From contig JAHRHZ010000054.1 in the NCBI GenBank assembly GCA_024137785.1, forward strand, positions 2,684,535 to 2,748,534: a DNA stretch of 64,000 nucleotides, given 5' to 3'. Position numbers and translations under genes: made by a program. Below the pieces are notes generated by a model that was not told where the DNA came from, did no database searches, and saw nothing but the letters and a program-made list of their open reading frames with translations. Shown in pieces: positions 63,793-64,000 of this stretch. Origin of the DNA: Ginglymostoma cirratum. Lineage: Eukaryota. The first letter of the stretch is position 1, and every line of letters begins with the position of its first letter.

Positions 63793-64000
63793 AGACAATT
63801 TCCCAAAGTAGTTTTTGACTTTTTTTTTTGGGTTGAGGTAGCAATCTTTTTTTTTTTCAGTCTCCTATGATCTTTTGCTACAGTTCCAAAGAAGGATCAT
63901 TATTGAATTTGGAACATTAACTCTGTTTCTTCATGAATGCTACCAGACCACTTGAATTTCTCCAGCATTTTCTGTTTTTGTGTCTGAGGCCCAGAATCCA

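Noticed and set aside
54792-64000. Wnt9a exon 4 (expected CKCHGVSGSC motif)
   Set aside because: No such peptide in the ORF track or by eye; it presumably lies beyond the window, so the gene is partial here, not truncated.

Overview
Repeat-rich vertebrate genomic DNA, almost certainly a cartilaginous fish (shark-type HE1/V-SINEs, Deu-domain SINEs, CR1 LINEs and Penelope-derived elements). The only supportable host gene is wnt9a on the + strand: a CpG-rich TATA/GC-box promoter near 14.75-14.82 kb and coding exons 1-3 (14884-14969, 41967-42226, 54526-54791) with GT-AG sites and matching phases. Exon 4 was not found and presumably lies beyond the right edge. Most other listed ORFs are chance frames or decayed transposon fragments. 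Most interesting observations: (1) short fold-back Penelope-derived insertions with 14-bp target-site duplications and a minimal hammerhead-ribozyme core, one of which probably causes the 400-N gap; (2) a decayed LINE whose 5' region and 3' tail both match a local tRNA-headed 'SINE' family; (3) a strong-context out-of-frame uORF overlapping the wnt9a start; (4) a TAATCC-rich two-unit minisatellite upstream of the promoter and an AACTTT cluster after the exon-1 donor; (5) a Harbinger Myb/SANT relic next to a ~35-bp direct repeat enclosing 1.6 kb. Repeat family names come from remembered consensus features, not a database search, and repeat boundaries are approximate.
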